Source: Octopus sinensis (lineage: Eukaryota). From it: a stretch of DNA of 64,000 nucleotides. Positions 41,619 through 53,413 of this stretch are shown here, one piece after another (within the stretch, counting starts at the first letter, position 1; every line of letters begins with the position of its first letter). The stretch covers positions 1 through 64,000 of the forward strand of contig NW_021831861.1 in NCBI RefSeq assembly GCF_006345805.1, given 5' to 3'. The translations under genes were made by a program, and so were the position numbers. The notes under the pieces are model-generated. The model was not told where the DNA came from. It did no database searches and saw only the letters and a list, made by a program, of their open reading frames with translations.

Positions 41619-42115
41619 TATTGGGTTGTCCGGAAAGTTCGCAGCTGATTTTTAAAGGAAAGAAAAAAGGTCAATAAATACTTGCCATTACATTTTTAAT
41701 CAACGAAATATGAACCATTTTGTTGCACAATGCGCCTCTATCTTTCCTTGAAAATACCCTCTTCTCAGAATTGAGGTGGTTTCATGGCAAAGAATTCATC
41801 AAGGTATCTTTTTACGTCATCCAAGGAATTGAAATTTTTACCATTAAAGACTATTCTGCAGAGACCTGAATAAGTGGAAATCCAAAGGAGCAATATCTGG
41901 TGAATATGGAGGGTGGGGTTACACATCCCAGCCGATCTGCAGCAATTTTTGTCTGGTTCCCAAAGCATCAAGTGCCGAAAATGAACTTTCTTATCTTCCA
42001 TTTTAAAGGGTTACAGAATTAACACAGGTTATAGGAACATAAACCTTCTTCCACGAAAAGATAGCTTATACTGTATTCTAAATAGAGGTGTAGTCAAATC
42101 CTATTTTATGGCCTC
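41619..42115 (-). mobile_element. Internally deleted mariner; a second TIR-like copy at about 41348-41380
   Basis: TIR tattgggttgtccggaaagttcg; N-terminal MEDKKVHFRHLMLW fused to a C-terminal PPYSPDIAPLDFHLFRSL segment. Confidence 0.75.
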
Positions 42116-42158
42116 AACCATGTACACGGAAACTGAAAGAAGCCTGTCACACACACAC

Positions 42159-42206
<48 letters not shown>

Positions 42207-43086
42207 ATGTGTGTGTGTGTGTGGTGTGTGTGTGGTGTGTGTGTGACCACCGCTTGACGACCGTGACATAAGCGGTTCCGCAAAAGAAACCGATAGAATA
42301 AGTACCAGGTTTAAAAAAAAAGAGATTAAAAGTTCTGGCGTCGATTCAAGGCGGTGCTCCAACATGGCCACAGTCAAATGACTAAAACAAATAATAGATA
42401 CATGTAAACACACAAACACACACAAACACACACACACACACACACACACATACACACACGCACACATGCATAAGCGCGCGCTCATGCACACGCCTGCGCA
42501 CACGCACAGTTATACCTACCACTTAGACTTGTGTGTTATCAGTAATACGATATTTAAAAAAAATACAGCGAATGGTAAATATCTGGTAAATACCATGCCT
42601 GACACCGTCCCTAATCGGTGTGACGTAGACACACACATATATTACAGATATAGATACACACACACACGTACACATTTAGATATATAAACATACACACATA
42701 TATAGAGAGAGGAACATATGTATAATAAATACACACATGTTCATATACATACATATATACAAAAATACATGCCACGCAATAAGATACGTTGCACATATTG
42801 TATATAGACAAACGGTACTCACATAACAGCATATGAAAGTGCCTATATATATATATATACACTCACACACAGATACAAAGGCACACAGATTACTGACAGA
42901 CACACATACACACATACATACATATACATACACAGATCCAAGCATACGTTCATACACACAGACATATATATAGGAATAGGATAGAATAGGATATATATAT
43001 GTATATATATATGTATATATATATATGTGTGTGTGTGTATGCGTATCTATATATATGTGTGTGTTATGTGTATGTATATATATGTG

Positions 43087-43160
<74 letters not shown>

Positions 43161-43408
43161 TGCATGTATACAGACATATATGTCACAGTAACATAAGATG
43201 CACGAGCGTAAACAAACAAAACTGACGTAACATTTTAAAATGTCTACATATACATACCTATATATATTTATATGTACACCGGTGTAAGCATATAAATGTG
43301 AAACAAGGTGGAAAAGAGTGCTCAAATACCAGAGGTAGAGTAATATTTATATGTATGTATATTTATGTGTATTTATATATATATATGTATTGTATGTATG
43401 TATGTAGG

Positions 43409-43440
<32 letters not shown>

Positions 43441-43442
43441 TG

Positions 43443-43500
<58 letters not shown>

Positions 43501-43627
43501 TATTATATATAATATATATATATATATATTATATATATATAATATATAATATACCGGAGTAAACACATAAATGTGAAACAAGGTGGAAAAAAGAGTACAC
43601 AAATACCAGCAGAAAATTCAACAAAAC

Positions 43628-43665
43628 CTGTTACTCTGAGTTTCACGTTGCCGTTCATCGGACAG
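43628..43665 (-). ncRNA. Minimal type I hammerhead ribozyme with a CCGAUGA (U4C) core
   Basis: Minus strand: ctgt-CCGATGA-acg gcaa cgt-GAA-ACTC A GAGT-A-acag; all three stems pair. Confidence 0.75.
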
Positions 43666-43730
43666 TTTTTGCAACGTGAAACTCAGCAGAGTAACAGGTT
43701 TTGTTGAATTTTCTGCTGCTTTAAATAAAG

Positions 43731-43762
<32 letters not shown>

Positions 43763-43956
43763 CAAATAAGAAAATGGAAGTGGTTCATCAACTTTTGGAT
43801 GATGTTAACTTATTTATTTATTAAAATAATAATTACAATAACATACATACATATAGCATATTATTCTTTACATATAAGGTATAAGATATAAAATATAGTA
43901 ATATATAAGGATACCAGTAATTATTATAAAAAACATGAATATAAATTGGTAAAATA

Positions 43957-44078
43957 ACTTACAGCCGTTTCAGCCAATAGATAAAAATATCTCATTCTAC
44001 CTTTATTACCCATGTGGATTGACGTAATATGTAGATGAACATGAGGTACTTGTATATATCGCAAGGCTTCGTCAGAGA
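43957..44078 (-). ncRNA. Putative type I hammerhead with a long stem II insertion
   Basis: Minus strand: ct-CTGACGA-agcc...ggct-GAA-ACGGCTGT-A-ag; stem I is only about 2 bp. A related 5' half (ctctgacgaagcc) lies at about 6650-6664. Confidence 0.5.
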
Positions 44079-44260
44079 CTATAAAGTACAAATGTTAAGT
44101 TATAATAATAAATGTAAATATAAATATAAAATAAACAAAATACACACACAGTTGAATATATATATATACATACACACACACGCATATATATATATATAAA
44201 TATATATTGTATTTCGGAATGGTCATTTTGCCAGTTTAGCCAATATATATATATATATAT

Positions 44261-44842
44261 TAATCAATTTAGGGTAGCAAAAAATTCAGTAAAAATTTAT
44301 CGCTACCAGCGGCCTAGTGGAAAAGAGAAATAGTCAAAGACTAAATATATATAAATATAACAATTTAGGAATGGCCTAAACAGGCCATTCGTCCACCAGA
44401 AAGAGCAGCCAGAACTCAAACCGCCAAGTAGTGCAATTCGGAAATAAGGTGAAAATTTAAAAAACGTTTACCCAATTCATCTTTTATACGATGCATCGTT
44501 TCGGTGTTTTTAATGATAGACCAGCTTAATTAAATAAATTAAGCTAGTCTACCATAGGTCACACTTCATCAGTAAAAGAAACCTGGGAGAGAGACGAATA
44601 TACACGAGGCGACTGTATCATGCCTCGGGAATATCTGTCTTTAAAATTTTCAAGACCAACGCATTCGCGCCAACTTATCGGCAGCAAATATAAACTGCCG
44701 ATTCAATCTCAGAATTAGTCAGAAAATTATCAATTAATCAATTTAGGGTAGCAAAAAATTCAGTAAAAATTTATCGCTAACCAGCGGCCTAGTGGAAAAG
44801 AAAAATAGTCAAAGACTAAATATATATAAATATAACAATTTA
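44261..44842 (-). mobile_element. Retrozyme-like / non-autonomous PLE partial tandem (474-nt period) carrying an HHR
   Basis: About 107-nt direct repeats at 44261-44367 and 44735-44842 flank the HHR; (TA)n on both sides; no ORF. Confidence 0.7.
44480..44579 (-). ncRNA. Type I hammerhead ribozyme, intact core
   Basis: Minus strand: tctttta-CTGATGA-[agtgt...long hairpin...acacc]-GAA-ACGATGCATCGT-A-taaaaga; perfect 7-bp stem I and a palindromic stem III. Confidence 0.85.
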
Positions 44843-44867
44843 TAAATTGTTATATATATATATATAT

Positions 44868-45905
44868 AATAATAATAATGTTCGTCCTTCGGTTCGAAGA
44901 TGACCAACTGACATCATCTGATGGAACTGCCGCCATGAGACCGGAGGTGGCTGGTGAGGCCAATCCGGGCAAGGAAGCCCCTCCCACAGGTGGGGCAGAA
45001 GTGGGTAGGGGCAGTGCTACTGGTGCAGGCGGCTCTGACTTTACGCATCTGACGTTTCTGCTCCGCTGACCGAATCCGTCCCTCCTCGGCTGTCCCTGCT
45101 CCCAACGGTGTGCGCTGCGCCAGGATGAGCGGTTGGCAGCAAGTGTCTCCCAGGTCTCTGTTCCGATGGAGAAGTCTTGAGAGAGACCTTGAGACTATCC
45201 TTGTAGCGCTTTTTCTGCCCTCCGACTTTGCGCCCTGCCCTGGCCGAGTTCACCGTAGAAGAGCTGTTATGGATGCGAGTGTCAGACATGCGGGAGACGT
45301 GGCCCGCCCATCTCAGCTGGGCCTTGCGCATGATTGTGATGGTGCTAGGGAGATCTGCTGCTTCAGAATTCCGTGTCTGGGACTTTGTCCTGCCAGCGGA
45401 TGTGAAGGAGATTCCGAAGACACCTGAGATGGAAGTGGTTTATCTGGCGCTCGTGCCTTCGGTAAGCAGTCCACGTCTCGCAGCCGTATAGTAGAGTGGT
45501 AAGCACGCTGCCCGTAGACTTTCAGACTTCAGCTTGGTGTTGAGGCTGATTCCTCTCCGCTCCCAGACTTTCTTTCGCAGTCCCCAAAACGCGCTGCTTG
45601 CCTTGGAGATTCTGTTGATGGTTTCAGCATCTATGTTGGCATTGCAGGAGAGAGTGCTGCCCAGGTAGGTGAAGTTTTCCACCACTCGTAGATCCGTCCG
45701 TTCACCCTTATCTGAGGCTCATGGTATTGTTTGCCGGGGGCTGGCTGAAACATCACTTCGGTTTTCTTTGCACTGATGGTGAGACCGAAGTTGTCACAGG
45801 CTGATGAGAACCTGTCCATCTCGAGCTGCATCTCCTGCTCATCGATTGCATTAAGGGCGCAGTCGTCAGCAAAGAGAAAGTCTCTGACGACTGTCTCCCC
45901 ACACA
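44868..45905 (-). mobile_element. 5'-truncated RTE (BovB-like) LINE fragment
   Basis: VRDFLFADDCAL, FGLTISAKKTEVM, VENFTYLGSTLS, QLRWAGHVSRM, GGQKKRYKDSLK and C-terminal CPTCGRGFLARIGLTSHLRSH; GC-rich against the AT background; frameshifted. Confidence 0.92.
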
Positions 45906-46322
45906 CACACTCATTGAATCAGGTACAGATGTATTTATACACAAACACTGTTGCTCTTACAAACACTCAACAACAAACGCACACAAATACATATATATAT
46001 ACCGTGGCAGTCTGTCGGTTACCGTGACGCAGGTTCCTGTTGATCCGATCAACGGAACAGCCGGCTCGTAAAATTTATATGCATGTGACTGAACACATGC
46101 AAAGAATAAGTCCTGGGATCGAAGTCCTGGTTTACAAAGAATAAGCCCTGGGATCGATTTGCTCGACTAAAAGGCGGCTCTCCAGCGTGGCTGCAGTCAA
46201 ATGACTGAAACAAGTAACAGAATAACAGAATTAAAGAATACTTCATGCGACCCACAACCGCTGCTCCGTTTCCAAATTCCGTACCAGCGACCAAAATTTC
46301 CATTATACTCCTAAGTAGATAA

Positions 46323-47098
46323 GGCGGCGAGCTGGCAGAAACGTTAGCACGTCGGGCGAAATGCTTAGTCGTATTTCGTCTGCCGTTACGTTCTGAGTTC
46401 AAATACCGCCGAGATCGACTTTGCCTTTCATCCTTTCGGGGTCGATTAAATAAGTACCAGTTACGCACTGGGGTCGATATAATCGACTTAATCCATTTGT
46501 CTGTCCTTGTTTCTCCTCTGTGTTTAGCCCCTTGTGGGTAGTAAAGAAATAGGTATTTCGTCTGTCGTTACGTTCTGAGTTCAAATTCTGCCGAGATCGA
46601 CTTTGCCTTTCATTCTTTCGGGGCCGATTAAATAAGTACCAGTTACGCACTGGAGTCGATATAATCGACTTAATCCATTTGTCTGTCCTTGTTTGTCCCC
46701 TCTGTGTTTAGCCCCTTGTGGGTAGTAAAGAAATAGGTATTTCGTCTACCGTTACGTTCTGAGTTCAAATTCCGCCGAGGTCGACTTTGCCTTTCATCCT
46801 TTCGGGGTCGATTAAATAAGTACCAGTTACGCACTGGGGTCGATATAATCGACTTAATCCATTTGTCTGTCGTTGTTTGTCCTCTCTGTGTTTAGCCCCT
46901 TGTGGGTAGTAAAGAAATAGGTATTTCGTCTGTCGTTACGTTCTGAGTTCAAATTCCGCCGAGGTCGACTTTGCCTTTCATCCTTTCGGGGTCGATAAAT
47001 AAAGTACCTGTTCCGCACTGGGGTCGATATAATCAACTTAATCCCTTTGTCCTTGTTTGTCCCCTCTATGTTTAGCCCCTTGTGGGCAGTAAAGAAAT
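46323..47098 (+). mobile_element. SINE family B, head + 4 tandem units
   Basis: TSD tcctaagtagat at 46309-46320 and 47105-47116. Confidence 0.85.
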
Positions 47099-47162
47099 AT
47101 ATAATCCTAAGTAGATTAATTTTATAATCTTCCGTTATACTTGATAGTTTTATGAATTGCTA

Positions 47163-48449
47163 CGAGGGACGTTCAATAAGTAATGCCTCTGACCCACTTG
47201 CAATTGTTTGATCTAGCTGAAATTTTGCATGTGCAATCATTGATATCTCTATAGATTAAGTGGCAAATTACAGCTCTGAATTAATTGTGGTTTCTGATTT
47301 ACAGGTGTTTGAACCGAGTCAAGTGTGAAATGGAGCCTGTTGAGTGTCGAGCAGTGATCCGGTTTTTGTATTTGAAAGGACGCACACCACGGGAGACTTT
47401 TGATGAAATGAAAGTAACTTATGGTGATGATGCCCCATCACATGACCTTGTAAAACGCTGGCATCGTGAATTCAAACATGGTCGGAACTCTGTGGAAACA
47501 GCTCCCAGATCTGGTCGCCCCCTTCTGCCATTGATGAGGCATCTGTCCGTCAAGTTGAGGCTGCCATTTTGGAAGATCGACGCATTATTCGCCAAATAGC
47601 CCATGAGGTAAAGATTAGTACCGGGTCAGTGGAAACTATCATTCATGACCATTTGCATATGGCAAAAGGTGTGCCAGATGGATTCCCAGGTTGCTCACGC
47701 CTTTCCAGAAGCAAGAACGCGTCGAGTGCTCGAGGGTGAATTTGGAGATGTGCCAAGAGATGAGTCAAAATTTTTCAAAAGACTGATTACACAGGATGAA
47801 ACCTGGTCCATCACGATGATCCAGAGACCAAATCCCAGTCAATGCAGTGGAAGCACCGTGACTCACCCCCTCCAAAGAAGGCAAGGGTGCAGCCCTCCGC
47901 TGGCAAGGTCATGCTCACAGTCTTCTGGGACCAGGACGGAGTAGTGAGGACAGATTTCCTAGCAAAGGGTACCACAATTGCAGGAGCCTATTATGCTTCA
48001 CTTTTGAGGAAATTAAGAGAAGTTATCAAAATCAAGAGGCGGGGCAAGATCAGCAAAGGCATCCTCCTCCTGCAGGACAACGCTCCGGTCCACAACTCGC
48101 TTGTCGCCAGATCAGAAGCACAGGCGTATGGCTATGAACTCCTCCCCATCCCCCCCCTTACTTCCTGACCTTGCACCCTCTGATTTTCACCTCTTCCCAA
48201 TCATGAAGTTGTTTTTGAAAGGAAAGCGTTTCCCAGATGATGCAGCCTTGATTTCTGAAGTCACGTTGAGGTTGGAGGACCAAGCTGGGTTCTTCTACAA
48301 AAACGGTCTCCAGAGCCGCATCAAACGACGGGAGAAATGCGTAACTCTGGGTGGTTCATATGTAGAAAAAGACTAATAACTGTGCCAAGTTTCGTTGCTC
48401 TACTGCTATGGGAAGTGGGTCAGGGGCATTACTTATTGAACGCCCCTCG
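47163..48449 (+). mobile_element. Full-length mariner transposon (about 1.29 kb), transposase frameshifted
   Basis: TA-flanked TIRs cgagggacgttcaataagtaatgcc / ggcattacttattgaacgcccctcg; motifs MEPVECRAVIRFL, PRSGRP, ITQDETW, LLQDNAPVH, PDLAPSDFHLF split across frames. Confidence 0.95.
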
Positions 48450-48599
48450 TACCAACGATTTTACTTTCAAGAAGTGTGTCGTATTTATGTTAAACTAAAT
48501 GGAGGGCATTTCTGGAACTATGAGAAGAAAATGGCATGCAACGTTTTGGCTAGAAATCGAACCAGTTTCGCCAGCTTGGCTGGATAGAATGTTATCGTT

Positions 48600-49530
48600 G
48601 TTCTTAGTCTCCTGTGATTTTCTTCCTTTGTTTCGTTCTTTTCTTCTCTCTTTCACTTTCTCCCAGCTCTTTCCCCGGCACTCTCCCACCTTTTCCTCGC
48701 TTTTCTCTCTCTCTCCCTCTCTCTTCCTCCTTCTTTCTCTCTTTCTCTCTGTCTTTGTCTCCTCCCATCTCTCTTTCTCTCTCTCTTTTCTCTGCTTCCC
48801 TCTCACCTCTCTCTCGTTCTCTCTCTCTCTCTCTCTCTCCTCTCTCTTTCACTGTCGCTCTTCTGCCCACCTCTGTCTCTCTTTCTCATCCTCCCCTTCA
48901 TTGACTCCCTTCTTATCTCTCTTCCTCTTTCTTTCTCTCTTTTTTCTCTCTTCCTTTCCCTCTCCTCTCCCTCTTCCTCTCTCTCTGTTTTCTCTCTCCC
49001 TTTCTCTGTCTTTCTCTTTCTCTCCCCCATTGTCTCTATTTGAATCTTTTTGCCACCACCTTTCTTTCTCCCATCTCTCACTTTTCCTCTCTCTCTCCCT
49101 CTCTCTCTCCCTCTCTCTCTCTCCCTCTCTCTCTCCTTCCATCTCTCTCCCTCCCTCTCCCTCTTTCTCCCTCCCTCTCTGTTTCGCTCTCTTTTTCTCT
49201 CTCTCTTTGTCTCCTCCCATCTCTTTTTCTCTCTCTTTTCTCCGTTTCCCTCTCACGTCTCTTTCGTTCTCTCTGTCGCCCTTCTGCCCACCCCTCTCTT
49301 TGTTTTCTCATCCTCTCATTGTCTCCCTTCGTATCTCTCTTTGTCTTCCTTTCTCTCTTTCTTTCTCTCTTCCTCTCCCTCTCCTATCTCTCTTTCCCCT
49401 TCCTTTCTCTGTCTTTCTCTTCCTCTCCCCCATTGTCTCTATTTGAATCTCTTTGCCACCTCCCTTCCTCTCTCCCAACTCTCACTTTTCCTCTCTCTCT
49501 CTCTCTCTCTTCCTCCCTCTCCCCTCCCTC
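48600..49530. repeat. ~930-bp polypyrimidine (CT-rich) tract with an internal ~400-nt duplication
   Basis: ctcccccattgtctctatttgaatc recurs at about 49022 and 49424; almost purine-free on the + strand. Confidence 0.9.
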
Positions 49531-49777
49531 AAATAACCCTGTCGGTCGCTCTCAATGAAACTACTTTGAATCAGTCCAGGTATTTCAACACATGCTCATT
49601 TTTAGTTCCTGATATCAATACGATCTCCTAACTTCCTTTTCAAAACCATCTTCTCTTTCTCTTTTTTAATTCTGGCTGTTTTCACTGATTTATGAACCCT
49701 ACTCCCCAACTCATTCACCTTTTTCTTAACTTTCTTTCTTTCATATTTCCTGTTTATAAATTCCCCCCTCACCCCCT

Positions 49778-49778
<1 letters not shown>

Positions 49779-49845
<67 letters not shown>

Positions 49846-49873
49846 ACTATCTATCTATCTATCTATCTATCTA

Positions 49874-49906
<33 letters not shown>

Positions 49907-49948
49907 GTATCTATCTGTCTGTCTGTCTGTCCGTCCGTCTGTCTGTCC

Positions 49949-49983
<35 letters not shown>

Positions 49984-50035
49984 CGTCCGTCCGTCCGTCC
50001 GTCCGTCCGTCTGTCTGTCTGTCTGTCTATCTATC

Positions 50036-50101
<66 letters not shown>

Positions 50102-50152
50102 CGTCCGTCCGTCCGTCCATCCATCCATCCATCTATCTATCCATCTATCTAT

Positions 50153-50205
<53 letters not shown>
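49779..50205. repeat. (CTAT)n-(CTGT)n-(CCGT)n-(CCAT)n graded tetranucleotide microsatellite
   Basis: Seen directly. Confidence 0.95.
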
Positions 50206-50714
50206 GTTTCATTTTCTCTCCCGTTCGCTCTGCGCTTCGTATTTTATGCAAAAGAGGCGTTCCCTCTTAATTAGTTGGTCGTTAGCTTCCACTTATCTCC
50301 CTTTTCCTTTCCCATTTCTCTAATTCTTTTCCTCCTCCTCTTCATAACTACTTCTCACTCTCTCCCTCGACTTCTACTCTCTCTCTTTCTCGTTAGGTCA
50401 TGAAACGTTTGAGTAAACAGTTAAACAGGTAGGCTCCATCATTTCCGTTCCAGGCAAATTTAGAATAAGTTTATTACTAATATAAATAAGAGTCAAGAAA
50501 GAGAGCTGTCAGAATCGTTAACGCGTCGCTCGAATTGTTTGGCGGAGTTTTTTTTCCGGTACTTTACATTCTGAGTTCAAATTCCTCTCAGTTCGATTTT
50601 TGCCTATTCATCCTTTCAGGGACGAAAAAAAATAGGTACCAGTTCAGTACTGGAGTTAATGTAGTTGACTAGCTCCTCTGACAAAGTCTCAGTCTTTTTG
50701 CTTATACCCTTTCA

Positions 50715-51190
<476 letters not shown>

Positions 51191-51577
51191 GGGATGGAAG
51201 CACTTCGTCGGTTACGACGAGGGTTCCGGTTGATCCGATCAACGGAACAGCCTGTTCGTGAAATTAACGTGTAAGTGGCTGAGCACTCCACAGACACGTG
51301 TACCCTTAACGTAGTTCTCGGGGATATTCAGCGTGACACAGAGAGTGACAAGGCCGGCCCTTTGAAATACAGGTACAACAGAAACAGGAAGTAAGAGTGA
51401 GAGAAAGTTGTGGTGAAAGAGTACAGCAGGGATCACCACCATCCCCTGCCGGAGCCTCGTGGAGCTTTTTAGGTGTTTTCACTCAATAAACACTCACAAC
51501 GCCCGGTCTGGGAATCGAAACCGCGATCCTACGACCGCGAGTCCGCTGCCCTAACCACTGGGCCATTGCGCCTCCAC
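51191..51577 (-). mobile_element. tRNA-derived SINE family C, tail type 1 (near-identical copy at about 54456-54827)
   Basis: Head gaggcgcaatggcccagtggttaggg...ggtttcgattccc; 16-bp TSD ccacacagccactcct at 51175-51190 and 51574-51589. Confidence 0.85.
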
Positions 51578-53000
51578 ACAGCCACTCCTATGGTAAAAAC
51601 AAAAAACAAAAAAAGAGAAGTGTATAAATAAGTGTAGTGTATCGGACTACACTCATTATATTTAGTTAAAAGGTATGAGTTCAAATCTTGCCAGAACCGA
51701 GTTTGTTTTTTTCCTTTTTTTTTTATCTCTCTCCGTTTCTATGAAAATATTCTCTGGTTTTCCGATTCCATACGCTTCGCTAAAATAAGAAAAGAAAAAA
51801 ACTGAAGTCGATCTTTTTCAATTAGAACCCTTCAAAGCGACGCCTCTGAGTGACCTTGAAGGGTTTTAGTGCCTGCAACACGTAATAAAAAAGAAGAACC
51901 AAAACCGGTAATCAGAAGTAGGATCTATTTTGAAATTACTACGCCGTTAAGTGTGTGAAACTCATTCCTTCGTAGTGAAGCATGTTTAATCTTATAAAGC
52001 ATCGTCGTTTCTGTTAAGTCATTTCCATGAAATATTTAATATCAACAGTATAACATGTATTTTACGTGTGTCTTCTTTCAGTTGCTCGTAATCCTTAGGA
52101 ACATCAAAGGAAACCTAATGAAACGGCAGTTTAATAATTCGTTCTATATCTGTCTGTATGCGACCAAGAACTAAAAAAGATATCTAGTAGGGCTTTTTTT
52201 CGTAGATCCCTTTAGCATCTCTTGCGCAAAAATAGTACAGATGTTGTTGAGTGTAAGGGTAAAAAAAGCAGACAACATTTTTGTGCTGTAATTATCTGTA
52301 GTTCAACACCGACAGCTTCAATTACAATATTATCTGTGTGTGTATGTGTGTGTATACGTGAAAGGGAGAGGGCCAAGAGAGAGAGAGAGAGAGAGAGAGA
52401 AAGTGAGACTGGAGTGTGTGTGCATGTGTGTACGTGAAACGGTGTGCATATGCGTGAAGGTGTGTACATTATACGAAAAACACTCGCTTTTAATTTGGTA
52501 TTAGTTTCTATCGACCTATCAATTACTTCAGCGTTATCGGTCATATCATTCCACTAATTAACGAAAGTTTTTTAACGAAATTTTTAAAAACTTAACGAAA
52601 TATATTTCAGACGCCATTTTTTTTTCCAAAGTTCCGCATTATTTACAAAAGCCTATCTTACTTCCGGGGATATAATATTTCTCTCATAAGCTCTCTATTT
52701 GACCTTTATTCTGTGTGATATACCATCTGTTCATGGCAATGTTGTTTGGTGGTTACACTTTCCCTGTATTTTGTATTCCTAGTTAAACAGAACATGGAGT
52801 TGAACTGAATCTCTTTGTGCCAACACTTTGAAAGCAATACTTGAGTTACCAGTGACCAGCGTACACCAGAAATACTTAACGCCATTTATTTCAGTCCTAT
52901 AAGTCCAAATTCCACTGAGTTCGGCTTTGTATTTCTTCTTTTTGGGGGTTAACAAAATAAGAACGGAGTACTGCGGTCGATATAATCAATCAAAACGGAA

Positions 53001-53413
53001 GGCGGCTAGCTGGCAGAGACGTTAGCGCGCCGGGCAAAATGCTTAGCGGTATTTCGTCTGCCGTTACGTTCTGAGTTCAAATTCCGCCGAGGTCGACTTT
53101 GCCTTTCATCCTTTCGGGGTCGATTAAATAAGTACCAGTTACGCACTGGGGTCGATATAATCGACTTAATCCGTTTGTCTGTCCTTGTTTGTCCTCTCTG
53201 TGTTTAACCCCCTGTGGGTAGTAAAGAAATAGGTATTTCGTCTGCCGTTACGCTCTGAGTTCAAATTGCCCCGAGGTCGACTTTGCCTTTCATTCTTCGG
53301 GGTCGATAAATTAAGTACCAGTTACGCACTAGGGTCGATGTAATCGACTAAACCCCTTTGTCTGTCCTTGTTTGTCCCCTCTATGTTTAGCCACTTGTGG
53401 GCAATAAAGAAAT
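53001..53413 (+). mobile_element. SINE family B, head + 2 units
   Basis: TSD taatcaatcaaaa on both sides. Confidence 0.85.

Noticed and set aside
51490-51577. tRNA-like sequences with A/B boxes (here and in other SINE heads)
   Set aside because: No complete cloverleaf or acceptor stem; each continues into a SINE body.
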